From an uncultured bacterium (GTDB lineage Bacteria > Actinomycetota > Acidimicrobiia > Spongiisociales > UBA5794): 64,000 nucleotides of DNA. Positions within the stretch are counted from its first letter, which is position 1. Each line of letters opens with the position of its first letter. The position numbers and the translations under genes are program-made. The stretch lies in the NCBI GenBank assembly GCA_963801165.1, contig CAWDDT010000007.1, positions 96,001-160,000 on the forward strand, read 5' to 3'. Below are positions 1 through 10,605 of this stretch, piece after piece. The notes under the pieces are model-generated. The model worked only from the letters and a program-made list of their open reading frames with translations. It was not told where the DNA came from and did no database searches.

Positions 1-1
1 C

Positions 2-2278
2 CGCGAGCCCCTCGTTGTGCTCGTCCTGCACATCGGGCGGCGGCTGCTGGAGGCCTCGGTCGCCCTTGTTATCTACGCTCTGGCAGCCCACAGCGGTGAC
101 CCTTTTGGTTCGACCGGATGGCTGGTGATCATGGCCGCGGTGGTGGCGGCCTTCCTGGCGGGTCATAGCGCATTCTCGCTCGCCGGCGCCATCCAGGGTT
201 TCGAGTCCTCGTGGGGTGAGAGCCTCGAGTCATACGGCTTTGGTGCCTTCGTCAGCGTGGTCAACGCCACCCTCGGCATGCTTGTTGCCGAGGCTGTGTT
301 CTCCGCACCGCGCGCTGCCTTCTTCGCCGTCATCCCGGCGCTCGGCCTGTTCGCAGGCTTCCGTGCCTATGCACTCTCCAAACAGGAGCGGGTCAGACTC
401 GGCCAGCTGTACGCTGCCACGCGTGATCTGCATGCGTCTCCGCAGCTGGAGGAGTCTCTCCTCTCGGCTGCCGGTCATGCCCGGGCGATGTTCGATTCCG
501 AGTTCTGCGAGATCGTGCTCGAGCTCGGGGGCGAGCGGAACGCCTTTCGCACCATCGCCGGTCCCGGCGACAACAAGTCAGCGATGGAGGCGACCGAGAT
601 GGACCGGTGGCGTACGGTCTGGGACCAGGCCAAGGAGCGAAATGCCGCGTTCGTCATCGACCGTTCCGGATCGCTCGCCTCGTCGGCCGGCGACCGGCGT
701 CTCCCCATCGTCGCCGCCATGGTGGCCCCGGTCTGTGTCGGCGAGGCCCATGTCGGCATAATCGTCGTAGCCAACCCCCTCGACGATGCCGCCCTTTTCT
801 CCAAGTCCGACCTGAAGCTGCTCGCCGCACTCTCCGAGCAGGTAGCGGTTGCCGTCGACAACGGGCAGCTCGAGGACTCGTTGTTAGAGCTGACCCAGCT
901 CAAGGCGGAGCTGGAGCATCAGGCCCTGCACGACGGTCTGACCGGGTTGGCGAACCGGGCGCTGTTCGGCGAGAGCATCTTCCACGCCTTGCAGCAGACG
1001 AGACGCACGGCAGGCGACATCGCGGTGCTGCTCATGGATCTCGACGACTTCAAGGAGATCAACGACAGCCTGGGTCACGGAGCGGGCGACGAGGTGCTGG
1101 TGGCGGCGGCCAACCTGCTGCGTAGCGAGTGTGGTCAGGAGGACATCATTGCCCGGCTCGGCGGTGATGAGTTCGGGGTGCTTCTTCAGGATGTCAGCGG
1201 CGCCCAGCAGGCGATCGAGACGGCGCAGAGGATCCTCGCCGCGCTGGGTAGCTCGCTGCGAATCTCGGGTCGGGACATCCAGGCCAACATCAGTATCGGG
1301 ATCGCCTTCGGCCGCTATGGCGACACCTCGACACAGGTGCTGCGCAACGCCGATGCGGCGATGTACGCAGCCAAGAGCGACGGGAAGGGCACGTTCCGGG
1401 TCTTCGAGTCGAGCATGCACGCCGCCGTGCTCGCTCAGCTCAAGATGCGGGAGGATCTCGAGGCAGCGATCGCGCGACAGGAGCTCCGGTTGCTGTATCA
1501 GCCGATCGTCAACCTGGCGGACGGCTCGCTCCGTGGCTTCGAGGCCCTGCTGCGCTGGCAGCACGCGCTCAAGGGATGGCAGAACCCGGCTACCTTCATT
1601 CCCTTTGCTGAGGAGACGGGGCTCATCCACGACATCGGGCGCTGGGTTCTGTGGGAGGCGGCCCGCCGTTGCCGGGCGTGGATCACGCTTCTCAATCCCC
1701 AACCCGGTGAGTTCAAGGTGTCGGTGAACCTCTCAGCTCGGCAACTCGACGACGCGTCGATCGTCGCCGAGGTCTCCAGGGTCCTCGAGGAGATGGCCTT
1801 CGATCCCCGATTCCTCGTCCTGGAGATAACGGAAACGGCGATGATGAACGCCGCTCCGAGCCTTCTCGATGAGCTCCACAGCCTGGGTTGCCCGCTGGCG
1901 ATCGATGACTTCGGCACTGGTTACTCCTCGCTGGCCTCACTGCACAAGCTGTCGATGGATATCATCAAGATCGACCAGGTGTTCGTGCGCGGGCTGGCCG
2001 ACGAGAACGACAATTCGTCCCCGTTCGTCGGCACGATGGTCGGTCTCAGCCAGGCACTCGGGCTGCAGACGATTGTGGAGGGTATCGAGACCAAGGAGCA
2101 ACTCGAGAAGCTCATAGAGTTGGGCTGCGACACAGGCCAGGGGTTCTATTTCGCCAAACCGCTCCCGCTCGAGCAGGCCCAGCAGCTCGTGGAGCGTCAG
2201 GCCAAGGGCGAGCCGGTGTTCGATCTCGAAGCTATGGCGGCCGGCTATCGCGATCGACGGCTCAGGTCGGTCCCGTAG
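2..2278 (+). CDS. Membrane GAF-GGDEF-EAL diguanylate cyclase/phosphodiesterase (probably 5'-truncated by the window edge)
   Basis: N-terminal TM helices, GAF region, DGLTGLANR, intact RLGGDEF, FEALLRW and IDDFGTGYSS motifs; frame is open back to the window start. Confidence 0.9.
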   Translation, partial: REPLVVLVLHIGRRLLEASVALVIYALAAHSGDPFGSTGWLVIMAAVVAAFLAGHSAFSLAGAIQGFESSWGESLESYGFGAFVSVVNATLGMLVAEAVFSAPRAAFFAVIPALGLFAGFRAYALSKQERVRLGQLYAATRDLHASPQLEESLLSAAGHARAMFDSEFCEIVLELGGERNAFRTIAGPGDNKSAMEATEMDRWRTVWDQAKERNAAFVIDRSGSLASSAGDRRLPIVAAMVAPVCVGEAHVGIIVVANPLDDAALFSKSDLKLLAALSEQVAVAVDNGQLEDSLLELTQLKAELEHQALHDGLTGLANRALFGESIFHALQQTRRTAGDIAVLLMDLDDFKEINDSLGHGAGDEVLVAAANLLRSECGQEDIIARLGGDEFGVLLQDVSGAQQAIETAQRILAALGSSLRISGRDIQANISIGIAFGRYGDTSTQVLRNADAAMYAAKSDGKGTFRVFESSMHAAVLAQLKMREDLEAAIARQELRLLYQPIVNLADGSLRGFEALLRWQHALKGWQNPATFIPFAEETGLIHDIGRWVLWEAARRCRAWITLLNPQPGEFKVSVNLSARQLDDASIVAEVSRVLEEMAFDPRFLVLEITETAMMNAAPSLLDELHSLGCPLAIDDFGTGYSSLASLHKLSMDIIKIDQVFVRGLADENDNSSPFVGTMVGLSQALGLQTIVEGIETKEQLEKLIELGCDTGQGFYFAKPLPLEQAQQLVERQAKGEPVFDLEAMAAGYRDRRLRSVP

Positions 2279-2281
2279 CCG

Positions 2282-3505
2282 TCAGCCTGCCAGCACCGCA
2301 GCGATCTGCTCCAGTGCCCAGTCGACCTCGTTGCGTGTGATCACCAGCGGTGGGGCGATCCGCAGCGTGTTCTCATGAGTGTCCTTGGCGAGCAACCCCC
2401 GCTGCTGGAGCGCTTCGATGATCGGCCGGGCGCCCCCGGCATCCTGATGGAGCTCGATGGCGAGCATCAGGCCCCTACCCCTGACCTCCTTGACCAGGTC
2501 GGAGCGGATCATGGCGAGCTGCTCCAGGAAGTAGGCGCCGAGCTGTGCCGAATTCTCGATCATCCCCTCATCGACGAGGACACGCAGCGCGGTGCGGGCC
2601 ACCGCCGCAGCCAGCGGGTTGCCACCGAAGGTGCTGCCATGCTCTCCGGGCTTGAGCACGCCGAGCACCTCGACGTTCGAGAGGACCGCTGAGATGGGGT
2701 AAAAGCCCCCCGAAAGAGCCTTGCCGATGAGGGTCACATCGGCCTCGATGCCCTCGTGCTCTTCCGCCAGCAGCTTTCCCGTCCTGCCCAGCCCCGTCTG
2801 GATCTCGTCCAGGATGAGCGTGATGTCGTGCTCCGTGCACAGTTCGCGCACAGCAGGGAAGTAGCCGGGTGGCGGGATGATCACCCCGGCCTCACCCTGG
2901 ATCGGCTCCACCAGGAAAGCCACGGTGTTCGGTCCGATCGCCGCACGCAAAGCCTCGATGTCGCCAAACGGCACTACCTTGAATCCCGGGGCGAAAGGAC
3001 CGAAGCCGGTGCGGGCGACCGGGTCGGTGCTGAATCCGACGATTCCGATGGTCCGGCCGTGAAAGTTGTTGGCGCATACGATGATCTCGGCGCAGTTGTC
3101 GGGCACGCCCCGCACCTCGTATCCCCACTTCCGTACCGCTTTGATCGCTGATTCCACAGCCTCGGCGCCGCTGTTCATCGGCAGGATCTTGTGGCTTCCG
3201 GTCAGGGCTGCCAGGTCCTCATAGAGGAGGGCGAGCTGGTCGTTCCGGAACGCCCGCGAGGTGAGTGTGAGGCGAGACGCTTGCGCCACCATCGTCTCCA
3301 GGATCTCGGGGTGGCAATGACCCTGGTTGACGGCCGAGTATGCCGAGAGACAATCGAGGTAGCGTTTCCCCTCGACATCCCATACCCAGCAGCCTTTTCC
3401 TCTGGTAAGCACGACATCAAGGGGCTTGTAATTGTGCGCCCCCAGCCGCCACTCGGTAGCGATGAGATCGGGTGGGGACGCGACCGGCTTGTCGTTGGTC
3501 TGCAT
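2282..3505 (-). CDS. rocD: Ornithine--oxo-acid aminotransferase
   Basis: [51 protein letters not shown]; start set at ATG 3505, 7 nt after a TAGGCT -10 box. Confidence 0.92.
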   Translation of the reverse strand: MQTNDKPVASPPDLIATEWRLGAHNYKPLDVVLTRGKGCWVWDVEGKRYLDCLSAYSAVNQGHCHPEILETMVAQASRLTLTSRAFRNDQLALLYEDLAALTGSHKILPMNSGAEAVESAIKAVRKWGYEVRGVPDNCAEIIVCANNFHGRTIGIVGFSTDPVARTGFGPFAPGFKVVPFGDIEALRAAIGPNTVAFLVEPIQGEAGVIIPPPGYFPAVRELCTEHDITLILDEIQTGLGRTGKLLAEEHEGIEADVTLIGKALSGGFYPISAVLSNVEVLGVLKPGEHGSTFGGNPLAAAVARTALRVLVDEGMIENSAQLGAYFLEQLAMIRSDLVKEVRGRGLMLAIELHQDAGGARPIIEALQQRGLLAKDTHENTLRIAPPLVITRNEVDWALEQIAAVLAG

Positions 3506-3762
3506 ACAGGAGAGCCTATACGGCCGCGGTTCGGGTCGAGTGGATGTCGGGTGGCCGCTGCGGGGGTCGGTTCCGCCCCGATGACGACGGAATGGTGCCG
3601 GGCCCATCTTGTGTGCGAGCCTTTGCATTTCTCATTGGGCCGCTCCATCGGCCCAGGTAGTATGTCGGAGTCCCCTGGATCTCGAGCTGGCGCAGGGGGT
3701 ACTGCTGTGGGACTAGGGTGACTAGACATCGGGCGACACGGCGAAATGGCGCCACTTATAGA

Positions 3763-3789
3763 TCAAGACGGGTTTGGTACGGCCGATAG
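3763..3789 (+). promoter_or_regulatory. Putative sigma-28 (FliA/WhiG-type) promoter
   Basis: TCAA(3763-66)-N15-GCCGATAG(3782-89); ATG follows 8 nt later. Confidence 0.6.
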
Positions 3790-3797
3790 GAATTCCT

Positions 3798-6700
3798 ATG
3801 AACAGCGCAAATGTCCCAAGCGGCCCCAGACGGCCGAGGTTCTCGACGGCCCGCCGCGGCTTCGAGAAGGAGGAAGTCGAGACCTTCGTCAATGAGATGT
3901 GGGAGACGCACGACAAGTTGGCGTCTTCCGCAGCACTCGCCGAACGCCGGCTGACGGACGCGACCTCGCGCCTCGAAGAGAACGAACTCCGCCTCAAAGA
4001 GGCAACGGATCGCATAACCGACCTCGAGTCCCGGATGGCGACGGGGTCCGAGGCTACCGACCCGGTCAAGACCGACGACGAGCAGATGAAGTCGATGCTT
4101 GCGGCCAAAGAGCGCATCCTCGACCGTGCCAAGGAGCGGGCCCGGCAGATCGAGGACGAAGCACGGGAATCCGCAAGTCAGGTCGTTGCCCGCGCTCGTG
4201 ATGAGGCCGACCGAATTGCAGCCGCTACCCCCGTCTCGGCCCCCGCTACCCAGTTCACCACTGAGCCCACCACTGAGATTGCTTCCCCGACCCACGAAAG
4301 CGTTGTTCTCGCCAAGAAGGAAGCAGCCGTTGTCCTGGCGCGCGCTGAGCAGAAGGCCGCGACGATCATCGCCGACGCTAAGCAGATCGAACAACAGGCC
4401 CGGAGTGCGAGCTTTGCCAAGAGCGACGTCGACGAGTTGGCTCGGGGCACGCTCGATGCTGCCCACGCCCGCGCCGCCTCGATCACCGCGCGCGCTGAGG
4501 CTGTTGCTGCCGAGGCGTCGCAGGACGCGGCCCGAATGCGGGCCGAAGCCACCGCCGCCACCGCACAGGCTCGTGAAAAACTAGCCGCGGCCGGCGCCGA
4601 GGCCGCTCATATGACCGTGGAAGCAAACGAGTTGCTGGCCAAGGCACGGACCGCCATAGCCGCGGCCCGGGAGGAAGCCGAGACCGCCACCGCCGAGGCC
4701 GAGGCCCGGGTCAACATGCTGACCCGTACCGCCGACAACTATGCGACCCGGGTTCGCTCCGAGGCCGACCAGGCGGCAAAGCGCGTACGTGCGCTCGCCG
4801 ATGACGACGCCGGCAAGCTGCGGGTCCAGGTCGACACCGAGGTCGGCGACGCTCGCTCCAATGCCGAGGCGATGCTCGCCGAGGCTGCTTCGGCCCAGGA
4901 GAGTGCCGAGGCTGCGCTCCGTGGCGCCAGGCTCGAGGCGAAGTCGCTCGTCGACGAGGCGAATCGCCGGGCGGCCGAGGTGCGGGCTGCCGCAACCAGC
5001 GAAGCCGCCGAGGAGAAGACACGTATTACGGCTGAGGCCGAGGCGATGCGGCTCCGAGCCGCCGAGGAAGCACAACTCCTGGAGCGGAAGACCGAGCGGG
5101 CCCACAAGGAAGCTCGCGCTCGGGCCGACAACGCACGCAACGACGAAGAGAGGGCTGCCTCTCTGGTCGTCGAGGCCGAGGCAAAGGCCGAGGGAATCAT
5201 GGCCGCAGCCGAACAGGCGGCCGCCAACCGGCAAGCCGACCTGGACCGGCAGGCACTGCAGGCCAAGGAGGAGTTCGCCGCCCGTATGGCCGCCATCGTC
5301 GAGAGCGAGCAGAGTCTCGCCGGCAAGACGCAAGATCTCGAGACCGAGCGTGGGGAGCAGGCAGCTGCCCACGCAGCGGGCCAGGCCGAGGTTGCCGCTC
5401 TGAAAGAGCAGGCAGTCGCAGAACTGGAGCGGGCCAAGACCGAGAGCGCCAAAGTCATCGAGTCGGCACGGGGCGAGGCAGCGCGTCTCGTCACCGAAGC
5501 CGAAGCGTCTGCACAGGATCGGCTCGCTGGAGCCGACGCGGACGCCGCCGACAAGATAATGGCTGCCGAGAGGCGCGCCTCCGACATCATTGGTGCCGCC
5601 GAGACGAGCAAAGCCAAGTTGATCGCCGAGGGTGAGAACCTTCTGCAAGCTGCTCAGCGTGAGGGCGTCTCCGCCCGGCGCGAGGCCGGCGAGGCGGCCG
5701 GCGAGATGCGTAGTGCTGCAGCCGCCGAATGCGACATGACCAAGGCAGAGGCTCGACGTTACCTCGCCGAGGCCGAGGAAGAGCGTCGGCAGGCTCGTGA
5801 CGATCACGCAGAGGCCACCGCCGTCCTCGACCGGGCCAAGACCGACGCTGAGGGGATTCGGGCGGCAGCCGAGCGCGAGGCGACCGAGCGTGCTCTGGGA
5901 AACCGTGCCGAGCGGGAGCGTCTCGGCAAGCTCGCGGAGGAGCTCGAGGCTCAGCGACGCGAGGTCGAGGTAGAACAGTCAACGCTCGCGGCTCAGAAAT
6001 CGCAGTCCGAGATGTCGCGGCGTGAGGCAGATGAGACTCTGTCGCGAGCCCGTGCCGATGTCACCCGCATGCTCGAGGAAACCAAAGCCCAGATGGCCGA
6101 GGAGAAGTCACAGATCGATCTGCGTCGCCAGGAGATAGCTCAAGACCGGGAGGCGATCGAGTCGTGGCGTGCCGAGCTGACGGGATGGAGAGCCCAGCTC
6201 GACAAGGAACGGGCCATGGTCGATGCCTCAAAGTCGCTGGTAGAGCAGGAACGTGCCGAGCTGAAGCGGGAGATGGCCAAGACCGAAGGGCGCTGGGACG
6301 AGCTGGAGAGGCGTGGGACGAGCCTGCTCGCGGGCGCCCAGCAAGAGGCCGACGCGATCATAGAGCGAGCCTGGTCCGAGGCGAGGCGTGTCATCGGCCA
6401 TGCCGACGAGAGCGACGAGGCCGAGCGGCTTGCCGAGCTGCGTGCCGAATTGGAGAAGCAGCGTGGCGACTTCGAGAAGAGCCGGGTGGAGTTTGAGCAG
6501 AGCCAGGCTCAGCTGGAGCTGGAGCGTGCCGAACTGATCGCCGACCGCGAGGCGTTCGTCGCCGAGGTCGCCGCCAACAGCCAGGTCGACGGAGCAACGA
6601 TCAGCGAAGCGCTCAACGAGTTGGAGCAAGAACTGGCCCGGTTGGACGCGGCTTCCCCCGAACCGCCCAGCCTGGAGCCGGTGACTCCCAACACCACCGA

Positions 6701-7106
6701 TGGTGTGCAGGGCCCACGGGGCAACTGGGACATGAGCTGGTCGGCGGAGGACAAGGCAGCCGAGATGCCCGATGAAGAGGCAGAGCCGGTTGCCGAGGAC
6801 AGCGGCGACACTGAAGCCGGTGATGACGCCGACGCAGACGATGACGCCGACGATGACGCCGACGCAGACGATGACGCCGACGACACAGCCGACGCCGCAG
6901 CCGACGACGCAGCGGAATCCTCCCCGGACGACGAAGACGAGGCCATCCCGGAGGCTGCCGAGGGTGACGATCTCGGTGAGAGCCGGTATACCCGTAAGGG
7001 TCGCCGTCTCCCCAGGATCGAGAGCGGCGAGGGCGACTCGAAGTCCTCAGGCAGCGGTTTGAGGAACGCAATCATCAGCGGAAACAAACGCCGTAGCTCC
7101 TCCTGA
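3798..7106 (+). CDS. Large coiled-coil protein with N-terminal DivIVA-like domain (Scy/DivIVA-like)
   Basis: FSTARRGFEKEEVETFV matches the DivIVA N-terminal motif; about 900 aa of Ala/Glu/Arg helical repeats, acidic D/A tract, basic C-terminal tail. Confidence 0.8.
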   Translation: MNSANVPSGPRRPRFSTARRGFEKEEVETFVNEMWETHDKLASSAALAERRLTDATSRLEENELRLKEATDRITDLESRMATGSEATDPVKTDDEQMKSMLAAKERILDRAKERARQIEDEARESASQVVARARDEADRIAAATPVSAPATQFTTEPTTEIASPTHESVVLAKKEAAVVLARAEQKAATIIADAKQIEQQARSASFAKSDVDELARGTLDAAHARAASITARAEAVAAEASQDAARMRAEATAATAQAREKLAAAGAEAAHMTVEANELLAKARTAIAAAREEAETATAEAEARVNMLTRTADNYATRVRSEADQAAKRVRALADDDAGKLRVQVDTEVGDARSNAEAMLAEAASAQESAEAALRGARLEAKSLVDEANRRAAEVRAAATSEAAEEKTRITAEAEAMRLRAAEEAQLLERKTERAHKEARARADNARNDEERAASLVVEAEAKAEGIMAAAEQAAANRQADLDRQALQAKEEFAARMAAIVESEQSLAGKTQDLETERGEQAAAHAAGQAEVAALKEQAVAELERAKTESAKVIESARGEAARLVTEAEASAQDRLAGADADAADKIMAAERRASDIIGAAETSKAKLIAEGENLLQAAQREGVSARREAGEAAGEMRSAAAAECDMTKAEARRYLAEAEEERRQARDDHAEATAVLDRAKTDAEGIRAAAEREATERALGNRAERERLGKLAEELEAQRREVEVEQSTLAAQKSQSEMSRREADETLSRARADVTRMLEETKAQMAEEKSQIDLRRQEIAQDREAIESWRAELTGWRAQLDKERAMVDASKSLVEQERAELKREMAKTEGRWDELERRGTSLLAGAQQEADAIIERAWSEARRVIGHADESDEAERLAELRAELEKQRGDFEKSRVEFEQSQAQLELERAELIADREAFVAEVAANSQVDGATISEALNELEQELARLDAASPEPPSLEPVTPNTTDGVQGPRGNWDMSWSAEDKAAEMPDEEAEPVAEDSGDTEAGDDADADDDADDDADADDDADDTADAAADDAAESSPDDEDEAIPEAAEGDDLGESRYTRKGRRLPRIESGEGDSKSSGSGLRNAIISGNKRRSSS

Positions 7107-7131
7107 CGAGGAGTTACTTCCCCGAGACGGT

Positions 7132-10100
7132 GTGATGAGACGAAGCAGAAAGGTCGCCGACCGGCCGGATGCGGGTCCTGAAAGCGCCGGGGACGAGGCG
7201 CTGAATCCTCCTTCGGAGGGCGACGACTCACCGATAGACACCGAGCCCGTCGCTGAAGCCGGCGCCGGTCAGCCTGAGCGACCCCCGATACCCTCGGTTC
7301 TCGACCGGCTCGGCGCAAACTCAGACGAGACGACACGTGATCTCCTGGCAGCTGCCGAGGCGCGCGCCAGTTCGATCCGGGCTCGTGCCGAGGTCGAGGT
7401 AGCGGACGCGCTGGCGGCAAGCGCCCGGATGCGCTCGGAGGCCGCCTCGCTGTCGGCGACGGCGCGCGAGGCGCTGGCAACCGCATCGAACGATGCCGAG
7501 AGGACCCGCCACAAGGCCCGGTCTGCCCGTGAAGAGGCAGAGGCGTTGCTGGAGCGCGCCCGCGTCGATGGGCCCCAGATCCTTGCGTCGGCTCGCCAGG
7601 AAGCGAGCGCCTTGCTCGAGGCTGCCCGCAAGAAAGCCGCCAAGAGCGAAGCCGAGACCCGGCTGATCGTCGACGAGCAGCTCGATCTGGCGCGGCACGA
7701 GGCGGCCGAGATCGTGATGAAGGCCAGGAGAGAAGCCGAGCAAGCCCGAGAGCGGCTCCTCGATGAGCTCGCGGAGCTGCGGAGCGCTGCCGACAGCCAG
7801 ATTGCCGAGCGACGTGCCGATGCCGAAGATCAGACCGCGGCCTTGTTCAGCGCCGTGGACGAGGCTCGCGCCGATCTCGACAACGCGATAGTCCGTACCG
7901 CGTCTGATGTCGCCGACGCCCACCGTGCCGCAGAATCGGTTCTCGACGACGCACAGGTGCTTGCAGACGCCATCAAGACCGCAGCCGCCGACGACCAGGC
8001 TGTCGCTCAGATCAAGCTCGCTGAGGCCACCTCCCGCATCGCCGAGATGAATGCGGACCTCGACGACCGGCTTGCTGCAGTTGCTCGCCGGGAACGCGAA
8101 GTCATCCAAATGCGTGTCGACGTCGAGGAGGAAATCGCTGAGATGCAGCGGCGGTCCGCCGCGGCAGCCGAGGCAGTCCACCATGAGATCGAGGAGCGCC
8201 GTCGGGAGGTCGGCAAACTCAACCACGAGCTCGAGGCGGTCGAGCTGGAGACGGCGGCGCGGATTGCCTCGAGTCAGGCAGAGGCCGCCGAGTCGTTGGC
8301 GGCGGCAACAGAACGAGCTCGCCAGACGGAGGAGTCGGCAGAGGGGCGCGCCGCAGAAATGCTCGCGGATGCCGAGACGAGGCTGGCGACGGCGGAGCGC
8401 AAACTGGCGGATAGCGAGCTGCGAGAGCGTGAGTCCCGGCAGGTGCGCGAGGACGCCGAGCAAGAGGCGAGAAGGCTTCGCCAGGAGGCGGATATGGCCT
8501 CGATTGCGTTGGAGCGGAGCCGCACGGAGGTGGAGCAGGTCACCGCCGAGGCGGTCGGCGCCGCCAACGCCACACGCATGGAGGCCGAGCAGGAGGCCGA
8601 GGAGATTAGAAACGCGGCGCGTGCCGAGGCAGAGAAGGTGAGGGAGGAAGCATCCGTCCGTCTGGCCGATGCGGTGGCCGAGGCCGCGTCGATCCACGCC
8701 GCGGCCGAAGAGTCGGCGCGACTCGTCGAAGAGGGGCGTCGCCAGGCGGCGGATCAGTACGTGGAGCACCGAAGATCCGCGGCCGCCGCGCTCATCATCC
8801 AGGCCGAAGACCGTGGCGCCGAGTTGACTGCGCTTGCCGAGAAACGCGCCGAATCGCTCCGCAAGCAGCGAATCATCGAGCTCGACAGCGAGCTTGCAGA
8901 CCGGCGCGAGGAGCTGGCTGCTGAGCTGGCCGCCGGACGCGAAGCGGCTCGGGTCAAGGTGGACGAGGCGTTGGCGCGCGCCGGGGAGATCGAGAACGAC
9001 GCCGTGCAAACGGCCACGGAGACGGTGGCCTTCGCCGAGCAGAGAGCCGCCGCCTTGACCGCCGAGGCGGAAGCAACGGCCGGCAGGGTGCGGGCCGACG
9101 GTCAGCGACTTGCCGACGACATGGTTGCCGAGGCGACGCGGAGGCGTGACGAGATTCTCGCCTCGATACAAGCAGAGACCGCAGCAATCGATGCGGCCGC
9201 CAAGACCGCTCGGGAAGCCAGGGCAGAGGCTGCGAGGCAGACCGCGGCGGACCTTGTGGCCGGGGCCGAGGAGGAGGCGACGCAGCTGGCGGCCGCAGAG
9301 CAGGCCCGCCTGTCGGTGCTCGGCGAGGATGCGGCTGCACATGCGGTAGAGCTCGTCGGCCGTGCGGAGGCCGAGGCCGAGGAGATCAAGCGGGTGGCCG
9401 CGGCGGAAACGGAATCGATCGCTGCTGAGAGGGAAGCCGCTGCCGCGCAGGCGGTTGAGTTGGTTCGTCGTGCGGAGGCTGAGGCTGAGGAGATCCGCGC
9501 TGGGGCAGATCGAGCACGGATGGAAGGGGAGGCCGGGGCGGCTCGGTTGGTGGACGAGGCCAGGGCGGAGGCCGAGGAGATTAAGCGGGCGGCCGCGGCG
9601 GAGACGGAATCGATGGCCGCAGAGAAGCAGGCCGCTGCCGCGCAGGCGGTTGAGTTGGTTCGGCGGGCGGAGGCTGAGGCGGATGAGGTTCGGTCGGCGG
9701 CGGCTGCCGAGCGTGAGGCGGCGGCGCGGACGGCTGGCGAGTTGATTGCTCGGGCGGAGCAGGAGGCTGCGGAGTTGGCGTCTGTTGAGCAGGCGCGGTT
9801 GGCGGCGCTTGCGGAGGACGCGACGGCGCAGGCTGCCGAGTTGGTTCGTCGTGCGGAGGCTGATGCTGAGGAGATCCGGTCGGCGGCGGAAGCCGATCGT
9901 GAGGCTGCGACCGCACGGGCGCTGGATCTGATCGCCAACGCGGAGTTGGAAGCGAAGGATGTGGCCAAGCAGGCGGTGGCCGAAGCGACGGCCGAGCAGC
10001 ATGGTGTGCTCGACGCAAGAGCTGAGCTGGCTGCGGCGCAGGATGCTTTCTCGTTGCGGGAGGAAGCTCTGGCTATAGAGAAGGGCTCTCTTGCGGAGGA

Positions 10101-10605
10101 GCATGAGCGCATCGGCGCCGAGCGGGAGCATCTCACCGCCGAGAACGAGAAGCTGCACAGAAAACAGGCGTTGCTGGCGGAAGCGCAGGAAGCCTTCGTG
10201 AGCGAGCGCACGCTACTCCAGCGGCGATGGGCCGAAGTCGAGCACGAAGGCATCGCAGCTCTCGAGAAAGCACACGAGCAGGCGGAGCGCATCCTCGAAG
10301 ACGCGAGAAAGCAGGCGGATGCTCTCGCCGCCGGTCGATCGGACGCTGATGAGGTCGGGGCGACCTCCGCTACCACCGCACACGAAGCACTGGCTCGTCT
10401 CGATTCTGCGCTCGACGCCGCCCGTCGGGTCGTGGCCCGACGTGCCAGTGCCGAGGAGGAGGAGACCGGCGTCGACAACGACACCGCGATGTCGGGCGTG
10501 TGGGATGAGATCGCCGCAGACACGACGACGGGCTCGGACCGGCCGGCCACGTTCGAGGTCCCGAGGGACCCGGCCGTAGACGAGACCGGATTGTCGCCGG
10601 CCTGA
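7132..10605 (+). CDS. Large Ala/Glu/Arg-rich coiled-coil protein with internal repeats (Scy-like)
   Basis: 1157-aa ORF with coding-like codon bias; repeated AQAVELVRRAEAEAEEI units; start uncertain. Confidence 0.75.
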   Translation: MMRRSRKVADRPDAGPESAGDEALNPPSEGDDSPIDTEPVAEAGAGQPERPPIPSVLDRLGANSDETTRDLLAAAEARASSIRARAEVEVADALAASARMRSEAASLSATAREALATASNDAERTRHKARSAREEAEALLERARVDGPQILASARQEASALLEAARKKAAKSEAETRLIVDEQLDLARHEAAEIVMKARREAEQARERLLDELAELRSAADSQIAERRADAEDQTAALFSAVDEARADLDNAIVRTASDVADAHRAAESVLDDAQVLADAIKTAAADDQAVAQIKLAEATSRIAEMNADLDDRLAAVARREREVIQMRVDVEEEIAEMQRRSAAAAEAVHHEIEERRREVGKLNHELEAVELETAARIASSQAEAAESLAAATERARQTEESAEGRAAEMLADAETRLATAERKLADSELRERESRQVREDAEQEARRLRQEADMASIALERSRTEVEQVTAEAVGAANATRMEAEQEAEEIRNAARAEAEKVREEASVRLADAVAEAASIHAAAEESARLVEEGRRQAADQYVEHRRSAAAALIIQAEDRGAELTALAEKRAESLRKQRIIELDSELADRREELAAELAAGREAARVKVDEALARAGEIENDAVQTATETVAFAEQRAAALTAEAEATAGRVRADGQRLADDMVAEATRRRDEILASIQAETAAIDAAAKTAREARAEAARQTAADLVAGAEEEATQLAAAEQARLSVLGEDAAAHAVELVGRAEAEAEEIKRVAAAETESIAAEREAAAAQAVELVRRAEAEAEEIRAGADRARMEGEAGAARLVDEARAEAEEIKRAAAAETESMAAEKQAAAAQAVELVRRAEAEADEVRSAAAAEREAAARTAGELIARAEQEAAELASVEQARLAALAEDATAQAAELVRRAEADAEEIRSAAEADREAATARALDLIANAELEAKDVAKQAVAEATAEQHGVLDARAELAAAQDAFSLREEALAIEKGSLAEEHERIGAEREHLTAENEKLHRKQALLAEAQEAFVSERTLLQRRWAEVEHEGIAALEKAHEQAERILEDARKQADALAAGRSDADEVGATSATTAHEALARLDSALDAARRVVARRASAEEEETGVDNDTAMSGVWDEIAADTTTGSDRPATFEVPRDPAVDETGLSPA

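Noticed and set aside
7230-7237. ACCGATAG as an additional sigma-28 -10 box
   Set aside because: It lies inside the ORF and has no TCAA/TAAA-like -35 at 15-16 nt spacing.
7321-10158. 945-aa antisense ORF and other long ORFs opposite the coiled-coil genes
   Set aside because: Shadow frames caused by high GC and Ala/Glu/Arg codon bias.
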